This document shows, piece after piece, positions 8,225 to 17,278 of a stretch of DNA of 28,524 bases. Position 1 is the first letter of the stretch; every line of letters begins with the position of its first letter. Origin of the DNA: Candidatus Methylomirabilales bacterium. GTDB taxonomy: Bacteria > Methylomirabilota > Methylomirabilia > Methylomirabilales > CSP1-5. The notes under the pieces are model-generated. The model did not search any database and was not told the origin of the DNA. It worked only from the letters and a program-made list of their open reading frames with translations. The stretch is from the NCBI GenBank assembly GCA_046758505.1, contig JBHIAH010000027.1, positions 1 to 28,524 on the forward strand, given 5' to 3'. The translations under genes were made by a program, and so were the position numbers.

Positions 8225-9385
8225 TTACCTGGCCGTCTCTTGGCGCTGTTCGATTTCTGACCGGATTCGCGAGTTCAACTCCCCAATCTTCAGGCCCTCT
8301 TTCTCGTGGGACAGCTCGCCCTTGTCCACTTCTTCGGCGATGGCCAGGCGCCGTGCAAGCCAGAGATCCGCCAAATCCATATAAGGGAACCGGCGCTTCA
8401 CCATCTCGCGGCGGCAGTCGGCAGCCGTACCCTTCCAGTACATTCCACCGACAAAGCCTTTGCGGAGCCTCCGGTCGCACTCTTCTTGCCACTGGGAAAA
8501 CACCTGCGCGAGTTGCGCCGCTGTCCTGGGTATCAGGGGGGACCGTCGGACGAGATACGCCAGGGCGTTCTGAACAAAGCGGGGCCCATCGGTCCAGCCA
8601 CTGCTGATCTCCCGGCCGATGTCGAAGGCGATGCCCAGCACGGTCCCCTGGCCTACCGGCTGCTCGGCGATCAAGGGGGAAGGATACTTGGCCCCGATGG
8701 CCTCCGACTGGCCGGGGATAACGATCTGCGGGACCCCCGGGGGAACCATGACTTGTTCCCCCTGTGGGGTGGTGATGATCTGTGGCCTGTCCGGGGTCGT
8801 GATCTGGGGCGCTCCCGGGTTCAGGGTTCGGACTGCGCCGCCAGCGTACCGGGCAATCTCGGTCACGCCAGACCTCTTCGGATTCAGGTCATTAAAATTC
8901 CCCACGGTCCGAAACGTCACCCCCGCGAGAATCGGATGGTTTGGCTGAAGGGGGATGACCGCCTTGAAGGGGGCGGCGATCCAATCCCGCTCGGCTCGGA
9001 TTTCAAAGGGGATGAAGGGGGCCACCGGCTGGTAGCCGCCGCTCCCGTAGGAATTTGGTCCGCCGGTGATCAGGAGCGATCCGCCCCGGCTGAGGAACTC
9101 AGGCAACTGTTCCTGAACGGCTCGGGGAAGGGCCCCGTACGGGATATTGGAGAGGATGACCACCGCAAACTCCAGGAGGTCACGGTGGCCCAGTTCAGTT
9201 GTGATCTCGGCCCCCGTCGAGGCGGTGAGGGCTTGCACGGGCACGTAGGAACTGTCCCCCAAGGCCAAGATGAGCTTGGCAGGCGCGGCCGCCCCTGGCC
9301 GCAGAAAAAGCATGAGACCGAGGAGCAGGCCGGGCAGCACGCGCGAGGAGAAAGCAATCCATCCGTGCCTCGCAAGGGTTTTCAT
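8225..9385 (-). CDS. secreted class I glutamine amidotransferase-like (DUF1355-type) domain protein with helical C-terminal domain
   Basis: Signal peptide; FAVVILSNIP...L.EFL.RGGSLLITGGPNSYGSGGY...HPILAG...PLIAEQPVGQGTVL motifs. Confidence 0.75.
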   Translation of the reverse strand: MKTLARHGWIAFSSRVLPGLLLGLMLFLRPGAAAPAKLILALGDSSYVPVQALTASTGAEITTELGHRDLLEFAVVILSNIPYGALPRAVQEQLPEFLSRGGSLLITGGPNSYGSGGYQPVAPFIPFEIRAERDWIAAPFKAVIPLQPNHPILAGVTFRTVGNFNDLNPKRSGVTEIARYAGGAVRTLNPGAPQITTPDRPQIITTPQGEQVMVPPGVPQIVIPGQSEAIGAKYPSPLIAEQPVGQGTVLGIAFDIGREISSGWTDGPRFVQNALAYLVRRSPLIPRTAAQLAQVFSQWQEECDRRLRKGFVGGMYWKGTAADCRREMVKRRFPYMDLADLWLARRLAIAEEVDKGELSHEKEGLKIGELNSRIRSEIEQRQETAR

Positions 9386-9831
9386 CGTGAAGATTCCCTT
9401 GCTTGTGTTGGTTCCGTCACGTGATAACATGCTGGCCCCGTCCGCCCTTCGCTATCAGCGTTGCTTCCGTTCTTGCTCGTCCGTGTTCCGGAGGGCCAAA
9501 TGAATTCTGAACCTTACCCGCCCCGCCCCGGCGTCCACATTTCCGTGGCGACACCGGTTTGCCCATGAGCGGGCGATGGATCTCTCCTCTTTGGGTTTCG
9601 TGGCGTCCGATCCCCCTGCTAATGGGTATAACGAACTGTTCGAGGGGTGTCAAGAATAGGCGGTGGGGCCAAAGTTTCCCCTGGCAGCAAGCGCGTGGAA
9701 GTGTTAGAAATGTCAGCACATGGGGGGACGAGCGTGCGGCGTGCGAACGTCCCGATACCGCCCGTTCGATCCCACCCCTGCCGACCTCGGGACATGGAAT
9801 TGGCGTACGGCCGGGGCGGCCGGAGGGGGGG

Positions 9832-10542
9832 ATGGTCATGGAGGCAGGGCGAGCAGGAAAGTTCGTTTGGCTCTGGGGGGGGATCCTGATCCTCGCAAGC
9901 TGCGCTTCTGCTCCCGAGGTTGTGATGCGAAGTCTCCCCCTCGCCGGCGAGGCCTCGGTGTCCGGTGCCTCCGTCAGCGAGGTGTCGTTGCGGGAGGTGG
10001 ACGTCTCGGGAAGAGCCGACCGCATTTTTTTGGCGTGGGTGTCGCTCAAGAATCGGACGGGAACGCCGCTCCCCTTCGGGCCCCAGTTTGTCTACTTGGC
10101 CGATGCCGGCGGGGCACTCCTCTTTCGCATTTCCGAAAAGTGGTTGCCCAAATACTACAGGGCCAAGGTCCGGGGAATTCCTGCCGCCCCCAACAGGAGG
10201 GCACTTGTCCCTTTTCCGCTGGCCAACGTGACGGTGGGGGACAGCGCATTTGTAGCCCCACGCGTAACCCCCGCCCAGCGGGGCCAGATGGCCATAGAGA
10301 TGGCGAAGCTCGTGGAGGCGGCCTTTGTTCGTCCGCAGAGCCCTACGCCTGGCACCTTACTTCCCAAGGGACCTGAGGTCGCCCTGGGGGCTCTCATAAC
10401 AGCGGTGATGATCAGGCCGGATGATCGAGTGTCCGGGTACGTCTACTTTTACCATTCAGCTACACGGAGGCCGCCCTACCCCCTCGAGCTGGTGGTCAAG
10501 CTGCCGGGCGAGATCCGCGCCTTTCGTTTTCCCGAACGATGA
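9832..10542 (+). CDS. hypothetical lipoprotein
   Basis: Lipobox ILILASC after GGAGG RBS; beta-rich body ending VSGYVYF...FRF. Confidence 0.7.
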   Translation: MVMEAGRAGKFVWLWGGILILASCASAPEVVMRSLPLAGEASVSGASVSEVSLREVDVSGRADRIFLAWVSLKNRTGTPLPFGPQFVYLADAGGALLFRISEKWLPKYYRAKVRGIPAAPNRRALVPFPLANVTVGDSAFVAPRVTPAQRGQMAIEMAKLVEAAFVRPQSPTPGTLLPKGPEVALGALITAVMIRPDDRVSGYVYFYHSATRRPPYPLELVVKLPGEIRAFRFPER

Positions 10543-10659
10543 GAGGCTTCTGACCCGGGTCCACGAGCCCCCCTCCCGGATGTGCCCAGCCGGGAGGGGG
10601 CCGCTCGCGCTTTGGCCGGGGGAGGGCACCCAGGTGTCCACGTGTGCGGAGCAACCCCT

Positions 10660-10688
10660 TTGCGGTGGATTGCTGCGGGTGATAAACT
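10660..10688 (+). promoter_or_regulatory. sigma-70 promoter of lpxD
   Basis: TTGCGG-N17-TAAACT with extended TG. Confidence 0.45.
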
Positions 10689-10736
10689 TGGCGTGTAGAG
10701 AGGGCAACGGCGGAACCCGAGAGTCAGGAGGAGTCC

Positions 10737-11774
10737 ATGAGCTACACGGTGGATGAGATCGCGCACCTGGTCCAGGGAGAGGTCGTCGGGGACGGTGCTG
10801 TCCCGATCCGGGAGGTGGCCTCCGTCGAGGAGGCCCGGGAGGGGAGTGTGGTGCTCGCGGATACTCCTGCTTACTTCAAGCGCGCAGAAGCTTCATCCGC
10901 CTGTTGCATCGTCGCCCGGACGGGGGCCGGACCGTCCCGGAAGAGCCTGATCCTCGTGGCAAACCCCAGGGCAGCCTTCGCCCGGGTCTTGCGGCTGTAT
11001 CATCCACCCAAGGAGGTGCCCGCCGGGGTCCATCCGTCCGTGGCGATTGGGGCGGGGGTGCAGCTCGGCGCCTCGGTGACGATCGGCCCCTTCGTCGTGA
11101 TTGGGGATCGGGCGAGGATTGGCGACCGCGTCGTGATCGGTCCCTGCTGTGTGATTGGAGACGCGTGTGTGATCGAGGAGGAGACCGTCTTCCAGAGCAA
11201 CGTGACCCTCTACGACGGAACGCGGGTTGGGAAGCGGGTGAGGGTTCATGCGGGGGCGGTCCTCGGTTCCGACGGGTTTGGCTTTGTCCTCGATGAGGGG
11301 GAACAGGTCAAGATCCCGCAGGTGGGGACCGTGGTCGTTGAGGATGACGTCGAGGTTGGGGCGAATGTCTGTATCGACCGGGCGACCCTCGGCCGGACCG
11401 TGATCCGGCGGGGGGTGAAAATCGACAACCTGGTCCAGATCGGCCACAACGTATCGGTGGGAGACGGTTCGACGCTCTCCGCGCAGGCCGGGATCGGGGG
11501 GAGCGCAACTCTGGGAAGGGGATGCACCCTGGGGGGTCAGGTGGGGATCGCCGACCACGTGACGCTGGGGGATCGCGTGGCCGTCGGCGCCCAGTCCGGG
11601 GTCGCCCCGGGAAAACAGCTCAGGGATGGGGAGGTGGTGTGGGGATCTCCTGCGCGACCCATCCAGAAGAGTAAAAAGCAGTTTGCGGCGATGGCCAGGG
11701 TACCGGAACTCTTGGAGGAGGTGGCGGCGTTGCGCCGGCGGGTGGCTGATCTCGAGGCGCGATCGGCCCGGTGA
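10737..11774 (+). CDS. lpxD: UDP-3-O-(3-hydroxyacyl)glucosamine N-acyltransferase
   Basis: NPRAAFA, hexapeptide repeats, GSDGFGF, KIPQVG.V...DDVEVGAN..IDR, KIDNLVQIGHN. Confidence 0.95.
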   Translation: MSYTVDEIAHLVQGEVVGDGAVPIREVASVEEAREGSVVLADTPAYFKRAEASSACCIVARTGAGPSRKSLILVANPRAAFARVLRLYHPPKEVPAGVHPSVAIGAGVQLGASVTIGPFVVIGDRARIGDRVVIGPCCVIGDACVIEEETVFQSNVTLYDGTRVGKRVRVHAGAVLGSDGFGFVLDEGEQVKIPQVGTVVVEDDVEVGANVCIDRATLGRTVIRRGVKIDNLVQIGHNVSVGDGSTLSAQAGIGGSATLGRGCTLGGQVGIADHVTLGDRVAVGAQSGVAPGKQLRDGEVVWGSPARPIQKSKKQFAAMARVPELLEEVAALRRRVADLEARSAR

Positions 11775-11957
11775 AGTCATCAGCTGTTTGCACCGCTCCT
11801 CTTCCTGGCCGTGATGGAAGTGCCGTTTGGCTTGACGAAACGGATGCCTCTTCTTATCTTGTTCTTGGCCCTCCCGATGGTTCTGGGGAGGTTAGGTGGT
11901 CCTGAACAGCACTGACGGTGTGGTGGGGAACGGATGCGAGAAGGGAGCGTGGTGACG

Positions 11958-12224
11958 ATGCGACGACTGGAAGGAGTGGGACTCGGGTTGGCGCTGGTCC
12001 TCGGCGGTTTGCTGGCCGGGTGCCAAGCGGAGCCATTGGGGGCGCACAGGGGTGGCGGACCCAACGAGACAGTGGAGCAGGTGACCTCCTGGCCGGAGAG
12101 CCTCGCCCCGGCCGGAGGAAGCTTCCGCGAGGTGCCGATGCCGGCCGGGGCGAGAGGAAGTGTGGTGTTGGCCTCTCCCGGCGCCGCGGGGAGTCAGGAA
12201 TATTTCCACGCGCTCCGGCAGTAG
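11958..12224 (+). CDS. small hypothetical lipoprotein
   Basis: MRR + hydrophobic stretch + lipobox LLAGC. Confidence 0.6.
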   Translation: MRRLEGVGLGLALVLGGLLAGCQAEPLGAHRGGGPNETVEQVTSWPESLAPAGGSFREVPMPAGARGSVVLASPGAAGSQEYFHALRQ

Positions 12225-12349
12225 TCATCCGGTCCTCCCGTGCTCTTGTCTTTGCCGCGGCGCGGACCCTGCAGTCTTTTCCGGAATAAAATGGGCATCG
12301 AGAGAATTGTCCGAGGCAGGGGTGTCTCTGGGTGTTCCGTGGGGGAACG

Positions 12350-13390
12350 ATGAGGGGCAGGGAGGAAACGATCCCCCGGATCCTCGCGGTTGGAACCGCG
12401 ACGCCGGCGGAGCGGATCCCGCAGGCCGAGATCCTCCGGTGGACGGGGTATACCGATTCCCTCCGGCAGGGGTTTTTCCTGCGGAGTGGGATCGAGCACC
12501 GCTCCCTCTTTCTCGACCGAGAGACGTTTGCCCCCGACGAGACCGTCGACCAGCTCAACGCGCGCTTCGAGCGGGGAAGCCTCGAGCTGGGACGTCGGGC
12601 GATCCTGGCTTGCCTCGATCAGGCGGGCGTCACGCCGCAAGAGATCGATTTTCTCGTGACCACCACCTGTACCGGCCGTCTCTGTCCGAGCCTCGACACG
12701 CGATTCGTCCGGGCCCTCCGTATGCGGCACGACATCCAGCGTGTGCATGTGGGTGATACGGGCTGCGCCTCGGGGGTCGTGGCCCTCGAGCAGGCCTTTA
12801 ATTATATCAAGGCCCATCCGGGGGGACGGGCGCTGGTGGTGGCCGCCGAGATCTGCTCGGCGAGCTACTATCTCGATGATGCGCTGGAGACCGCGGTGGC
12901 AAACGCGATCTTCGCCGATGGGGCGGCCGCCGCGTTGGTCGCGGGTGCGGGGGAAGGGGTGGCCCTGGTGGAAAAGCGCACCCTCCTCCGGCCGGAGTAT
13001 CTCGATCTCATGGGCTTCACCTATCCCGGGGGGCGGCCCCGCATTCTCCTCTCCAAAGAGATCCGGCACGTGGCCGCCGGGATGCTCAAGGAGCTCAGCG
13101 AGACGGTGCTGGCGGCACACGGCCTGAAGCGACGCGACATCCGGTTCTGGGTCCTCCATTCCGCTGGCCGGCGGGTGATCGAGAAGGCAAGGGACCTCTT
13201 GGGACTCACCGACAGTGATCTGCGTTTTTCCCGTCAGGTTCTCCAAAATTTCGGCAACATGTCCTCGGCCACGGTCCTCTTTGTCCTGGAGGCGGTCCTC
13301 CGCTCGCGGGAGCCGCGCCCGGGCGACTGGGGGCTTCTGGCCGCCCTCGGGCCCGGCTTCGCCGCCGAAGGGCTCCTCCTCCGATGGTAA
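12350..13390 (+). CDS. type III polyketide synthase (chalcone synthase-like, DpgA-resembling)
   Basis: Cys-His-Asn triad: DTGCASG, WVLHSAG, FGNMSSAT; C-terminal LGPGF. Confidence 0.93.
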   Translation: MRGREETIPRILAVGTATPAERIPQAEILRWTGYTDSLRQGFFLRSGIEHRSLFLDRETFAPDETVDQLNARFERGSLELGRRAILACLDQAGVTPQEIDFLVTTTCTGRLCPSLDTRFVRALRMRHDIQRVHVGDTGCASGVVALEQAFNYIKAHPGGRALVVAAEICSASYYLDDALETAVANAIFADGAAAALVAGAGEGVALVEKRTLLRPEYLDLMGFTYPGGRPRILLSKEIRHVAAGMLKELSETVLAAHGLKRRDIRFWVLHSAGRRVIEKARDLLGLTDSDLRFSRQVLQNFGNMSSATVLFVLEAVLRSREPRPGDWGLLAALGPGFAAEGLLLRW

Positions 13391-14118
13391 AATTCCCGCT
13401 GCCACGGGCCGAAGGCGTTACGGAGCTGATCGACGAGCCCGGGATCGGCTCCCAGGAGCTCTCGGCCAACCTCCAGGATTTGGAACGGCTGAACCACCTC
13501 TTTGGCGGCACGCGGCTCATCCTGCGCTATCTGGGACCGATCCTCCGTCGGGCGAACGCCGGTGAGGTGCGGATTCTGGATGTGGCGACCGGAGGGGCCG
13601 ACATCCCCGCGGCCATCGTCGCGTGGGCCCGTCGGCAGGGGTGGCGGGTCCGGATCGTGGGAATCGATAAGAATCCACAGGTGTTGCGGGCGGCCGCGGA
13701 GCGGATTCGGGGGTACCCAGAGATCAGGCTCGAGCTGGGGGATGCCCTGGCCCTCCCCTACCCGGCCGGAAGTTTCGATATAGTCCTCTGCTCGCTGGCC
13801 CTCCACCATTTGACTTATCGGGACGGGATCGCCCTGCTGACCTCCCTGGATAAGATCGGCCGGCGGGGATTCATTGTGAACGACCTCCTCCGGAGTTGGC
13901 ACGGGTATCTGCTGACGTGGCTCGCCATGCGCCTCTTCCGCCGGGGCCGCCTGGTTCGCCACGATGGGCCCGTTTCCGTTCGCCGGGCCTACACCCCTTC
14001 GGAGTTGCTCGCGATGGTGGAGCGGGCGGGGGTGGCTGGAGTCCGGATCCATTCACATCCCTTCTTCCGCGTTGCCCTGGTCAAGGAGCGCGTGCATGAC
14101 AGAGGGGCGGCTTGCTAG
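13384..14118 (+). CDS. class I SAM-dependent methyltransferase (type III PKS-associated family)
   Basis: ELIDEP...RLNHLFGG, ILDVATGGAD motif I, SFDIV.CSLALHH, HDGPVSVRRAYT; overlaps the PKS stop. Confidence 0.9.
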   Translation: MVKFPLPRAEGVTELIDEPGIGSQELSANLQDLERLNHLFGGTRLILRYLGPILRRANAGEVRILDVATGGADIPAAIVAWARRQGWRVRIVGIDKNPQVLRAAAERIRGYPEIRLELGDALALPYPAGSFDIVLCSLALHHLTYRDGIALLTSLDKIGRRGFIVNDLLRSWHGYLLTWLAMRLFRRGRLVRHDGPVSVRRAYTPSELLAMVERAGVAGVRIHSHPFFRVALVKERVHDRGAAC

Positions 14119-14246
14119 GATCTACTGCCTGTTGCCTCGCCAGGCCCCCCGTCCGTCGTGGTGCGTAAAGTTCCTGGCCCGCTCCGCACCCGTCGTTCCC
14201 TTGTCAAGACGCGCTCGGTATTGGAAGGAAAAATAAGAGAGGCGGC

Positions 14247-15444
14247 GTGAGACGGATAGTGGATGTCCTGGTGGTCGGAGGAGGCCCGGCGGGGAGCGCG
14301 GCGGCCATCCTGCTGGCGCGGGCAGGATTTGCGGTGTGTCTTGTGGAGAAGGGTCGGTTCCCCCGGGAGAAGGTGTGTGGTGAATATCTCAGTCCGGGGT
14401 GCGTTCCGCTGCTCAGCCGCCTCGGCGTCGGGCCTGCGTTGGAGGGAGCGGGACCGCAGCGGATCCGGGGGATGCGAATCGAGGCCCCGGCCGGAACCGT
14501 GCTGATGGGGACGTATCCCGGTGAAGGGGCACCGCCCCACGCCTCGGTATCGCTTCGACGCGCTCTTCTTCGAGGCGGCCCGCCAGGCCGGCGTCGCGTG
14601 TCTCGAGGGGTGGCGGGTGGTGGATCTCATCCGAAATGGGGGAAAAGTTGGAGGCGTGGTTGCCGAAGCCGGAGCCGGGTTACAGTCCTTCCCCGCCCGC
14701 ATCACGATCGGGGCGGACGGGCGGAACTCGGTGGTGGCCCGCCGCCTCGGGCTGTTCGCCTGGCACCCCTCGCATCGGAAGATGGCATTTGTCCGGCGCT
14801 TCCAGGGAGCCCTCACACTCGACGACCTCGGAGCAGCGTATTTGGGGAGAGCGGGGTATTGCATTGTGAACCCACAGGGAGGAGGGAGAGTCAATGTCGG
14901 CGTCGTGGTGGACGGGCGGGACCTCCCCCTGCATCGCCCGTGGGGGGAGGTCTTTGACAAGCTGCTCGACGCCTACCCGCAGGTGCGGCGCAAGCTCGAG
15001 GATGCCCGCCCGCTCAACCGCCTTTCGGTCGTGGGGCCGCTCGCGTGTCGGGCGAAGCGGGTCGCCGGGGACGGCTTTCTTCTCGTCGGGGATGCCGCCG
15101 GGTATTACGATCCCATGACGGGGGAGGGGGTCTATCAGGCGCTCAGGGGGGCGGAGCTTGCCGCGGAGGCGGCGGCCGAGGCACTCCGCAAGGAAGAGAC
15201 CAGCCTCCAGGCCCTGGCGTGTTACGGCGACGCGTACCGCCAGGAGTTTGCGCCCAAGGATCGGGTCTGCCGGCTACTGCAGCAGATCGTCAGCCGTCCC
15301 CGTCTCTGCGAGTTTGTGATGCGGCATCTTCAGGGTCGGCGGGAGGATGTTCAGGAACTGATGGGGGTGGTCGGGGATCTCTTGCCGCCTGAGCGGCTCT
15401 TGCGTCCCCGATTCTGGACCCCTCTCCTCCTATCCCGGTATTGA
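14247..15444 (+). pseudogene. FAD-dependent oxidoreductase (geranylgeranyl reductase-like), frameshifted near 14540
   Basis: N-terminal VVGGGPAGS...FPREKVCGE in one frame; PRYRFDALF...GADGRNS...LVGDAAGYYDPMTGEG in the +1 frame. Confidence 0.85.
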
Positions 15445-15469
15445 CGGAGCCCCGCAGGGAGCCTACAAT
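15441..15469 (+). promoter_or_regulatory. sigma-70 promoter of hicBA
   Basis: TTGACG-N17-TACAAT. Confidence 0.7.
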
Positions 15470-15557
15470 CTGGTGAAGCGCTGAGGGGTTTGGTACGCAG
15501 ACGAAGGAGACGATGGCAATTCGTGGGATGTGTCGGGGGGGATGAAGGAGGCTTACG

Positions 15558-15782
15558 TTGATTCGCCGCTACAGAACAATGCTTGAACCGGAAGAAGACG
15601 GGGGATACGCCGTGTGGGTCCCGATGCTGCCGGGGTGTGCAAGCCAGGGGGAGACGCGTGAGGAGGCCCTGGCGAATATTCGGGAGGCAATCCAGTGCTA
15701 CCTGGAAAGCTGTGTCAAGCACGGCGAGCCAATTCCCGAGGAGACACTCGTCGAGGAAGTCACCGTTGAGGTAGCCGTGTGA
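15558..15782 (+). CDS. hicB: HicB family antitoxin (short, no DNA-binding domain)
   Basis: EPEEDGGY.V.VP.LPGC.SQGET.EEAL.NIREAI; TTG start after AAGGAGG. Confidence 0.9.
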   Translation: MIRRYRTMLEPEEDGGYAVWVPMLPGCASQGETREEALANIREAIQCYLESCVKHGEPIPEETLVEEVTVEVAV

Positions 15783-16012
15783 GCAGGCTCCCACGGGATC
15801 TTCCCGGGGATCGGCTCATTCGGGGCCTCAATCGTGCCGGATGGTACCAGGATCACCAGGTCGGTAGCCATGTCACCCTTCGCCGTCGTGAGATCCCAGG
15901 GAAGAAGCTGGTCGTACCCGTCCATCCCGGCCGGCCGCTCAAGCCAAAGGTCCTCCACCGCATTCTGCGCGAGGCGGGACTGACCATCGAACAACTCCGT
16001 GACCTGCTGTAA
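15779..16012 (+). CDS. hicA: HicA family mRNA interferase toxin
   Basis: GW...HQVGSHVTL...VVPVH...IL.EAGL; GTGA overlap with hicB. Confidence 0.9.
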   Translation: MSRLPRDLPGDRLIRGLNRAGWYQDHQVGSHVTLRRREIPGKKLVVPVHPGRPLKPKVLHRILREAGLTIEQLRDLL

Positions 16013-16079
16013 GGCCTGATATTCGATTGCAGCTTCATCTTGTTAGGGGGTCCTACGTACCGCACGCTCACAGGGACAA

Positions 16080-16154
16080 GCCGGCGTAGCTCAGTGGCAG
16101 AGCAGCTGATTCGTAATCAGCAGGTCAGGAGTTCAACCCTCCTCGCCGGCTCCA
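16080..16154 (+). tRNA. tRNA-Thr(CGT)
   Basis: GCCGGCG/CGCCGGC acceptor, CTGAT-TCGTAA-TCAG anticodon arm, AGGAG-TTCAACC-CTCCT T-arm, CCA. Confidence 0.96.
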
Positions 16155-16287
16155 CGCACATCACCTGGTCCCGCCCGCTCGGCCAGGGACTGATCCCTGC
16201 AGCGAAGAGTTGCCAAGATAGAAAAGCCTGACCGCAACCGTCCCCAACCCTCCTTTTTCAGGTTGCTACCCCGGGCTGGAGCGTGGT

Positions 16288-16503
16288 CTACCTCGGCTTC
16301 CGCGCCCGCTTCTGCTTCAGCAGGGCCCGGCGGTCACGGGCGTACCCTACCAGCGTGCGCGGGCGCGCGGTCTTCACGGTGCGCGGCTTCCCGGTTGCGC
16401 GAATCAGGGACCGGATCGCCGTAATCTGTCGGTCGATTCTTCTTCGTACTGTCTGTAGTTCTGCTAACACTCGCCGGAGCGTTGGAGTGACGTTCGTCGC
16501 CAT
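16288..16503 (-). CDS. small highly basic protein (putative nucleoid-associated)
   Basis: 71 aa, 22 Arg+Lys vs 3 Asp/Glu; AGGAGG RBS; own sigma-70 promoter. Confidence 0.75.
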   Translation of the reverse strand: MATNVTPTLRRVLAELQTVRRRIDRQITAIRSLIRATGKPRTVKTARPRTLVGYARDRRALLKQKRARKPR

Positions 16504-16563
16504 CACGCCTCCTTTGCACACGACGTTTGCGGGAATCCAGGGGCACGGCCCGTAGAGGGCCTC

Positions 16564-16592
16564 AGTATCGCCTTCGGGGCGGGGAGTGTCAA
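16564..16592 (-). promoter_or_regulatory. sigma-70 promoter of the small basic protein
   Basis: TTGACA-N17-GATACT. Confidence 0.65.
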
Positions 16593-16642
16593 GGTATAGG
16601 GTTTTCTCGCTGGTTTGACTCCTTGCCGGGCAATCTTTGAAC

Positions 16643-17278
16643 TCACTGCTTACTGCCGACTCGACGGGCAAGAACTGCCATCCAGGTGAAACTCCCTGAC
16701 GGCGGGACGGCAAGAAAAGTCAGATCTTGACTTAACCAATGCTGCGCAGTGAGGCCGAGTCGGCCCATTTCCTCCTCCACAAGGGTTTTGTCCACATCCT
16801 GAAATCCTGACAGCACCAGCGATGCGCCGTCTCCACTCAACCGAACGAGTTCAGCCATGTTATCTCTCAGCATGGGCATAGGTAAATTTGCCAGCACCAA
16901 GTCAAAACGGCCAGCGATCGCCTCTGCGGACCCCCTGACGAGCAGCAACCGGTCCTGCAAGCGGTTAAGCTCCGCATTAGCGCGGCTGGTGACGGAAGCC
17001 TGGGTACTGATATCTATAGCCACGGCATGCTCCACTCCAAGTTTCAATCCTGCTAGGGCCAGGATCCCGCTGCCGCAGCCTACGTCCAGCAGGGTTCGGC
17101 AGCGGCGCCTTTTAAGGTCTTGGAGCATGAGGCGGAGGCACAACTTAGTGGTGGGATGGCTGGGCGGGAAGGTTCTGCTGGTTTTCAGAAGAATCCCTAC
17201 CGGGGCTCTAGAAACCAGAAAGCGCCACCAGGGAGCACCGACTGCGAGAGACCCATCGATGCGGTAGCAGAAAAGCAT
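16643..17278 (-). CDS. PrmA-like (L11 methyltransferase catalytic domain) SAM methyltransferase
   Basis: HPTTKLCL, LLDVGCGSGILALA, AIDIS, FDLVLANL, LVLSGF; lacks the PrmA N-terminal domain. Confidence 0.8.
   Translation of the reverse strand: MLFCYRIDGSLAVGAPWWRFLVSRAPVGILLKTSRTFPPSHPTTKLCLRLMLQDLKRRRCRTLLDVGCGSGILALAGLKLGVEHAVAIDISTQASVTSRANAELNRLQDRLLLVRGSAEAIAGRFDLVLANLPMPMLRDNMAELVRLSGDGASLVLSGFQDVDKTLVEEEMGRLGLTAQHWLSQDLTFLAVPPSGSFTWMAVLARRVGSKQ

Noticed and set aside
14247..15444. Flavin-dependent halogenase call, or programmed frameshifting
   Set aside because: No WxWxIP motif (GYCIVNP instead); no slippery sequence at the junction and residues appear to be missing
16643..17278. Assigning the symbol prmA
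   Set aside because: Lacks the N-terminal L11-binding domain and the FGTG motif, and lies on an island
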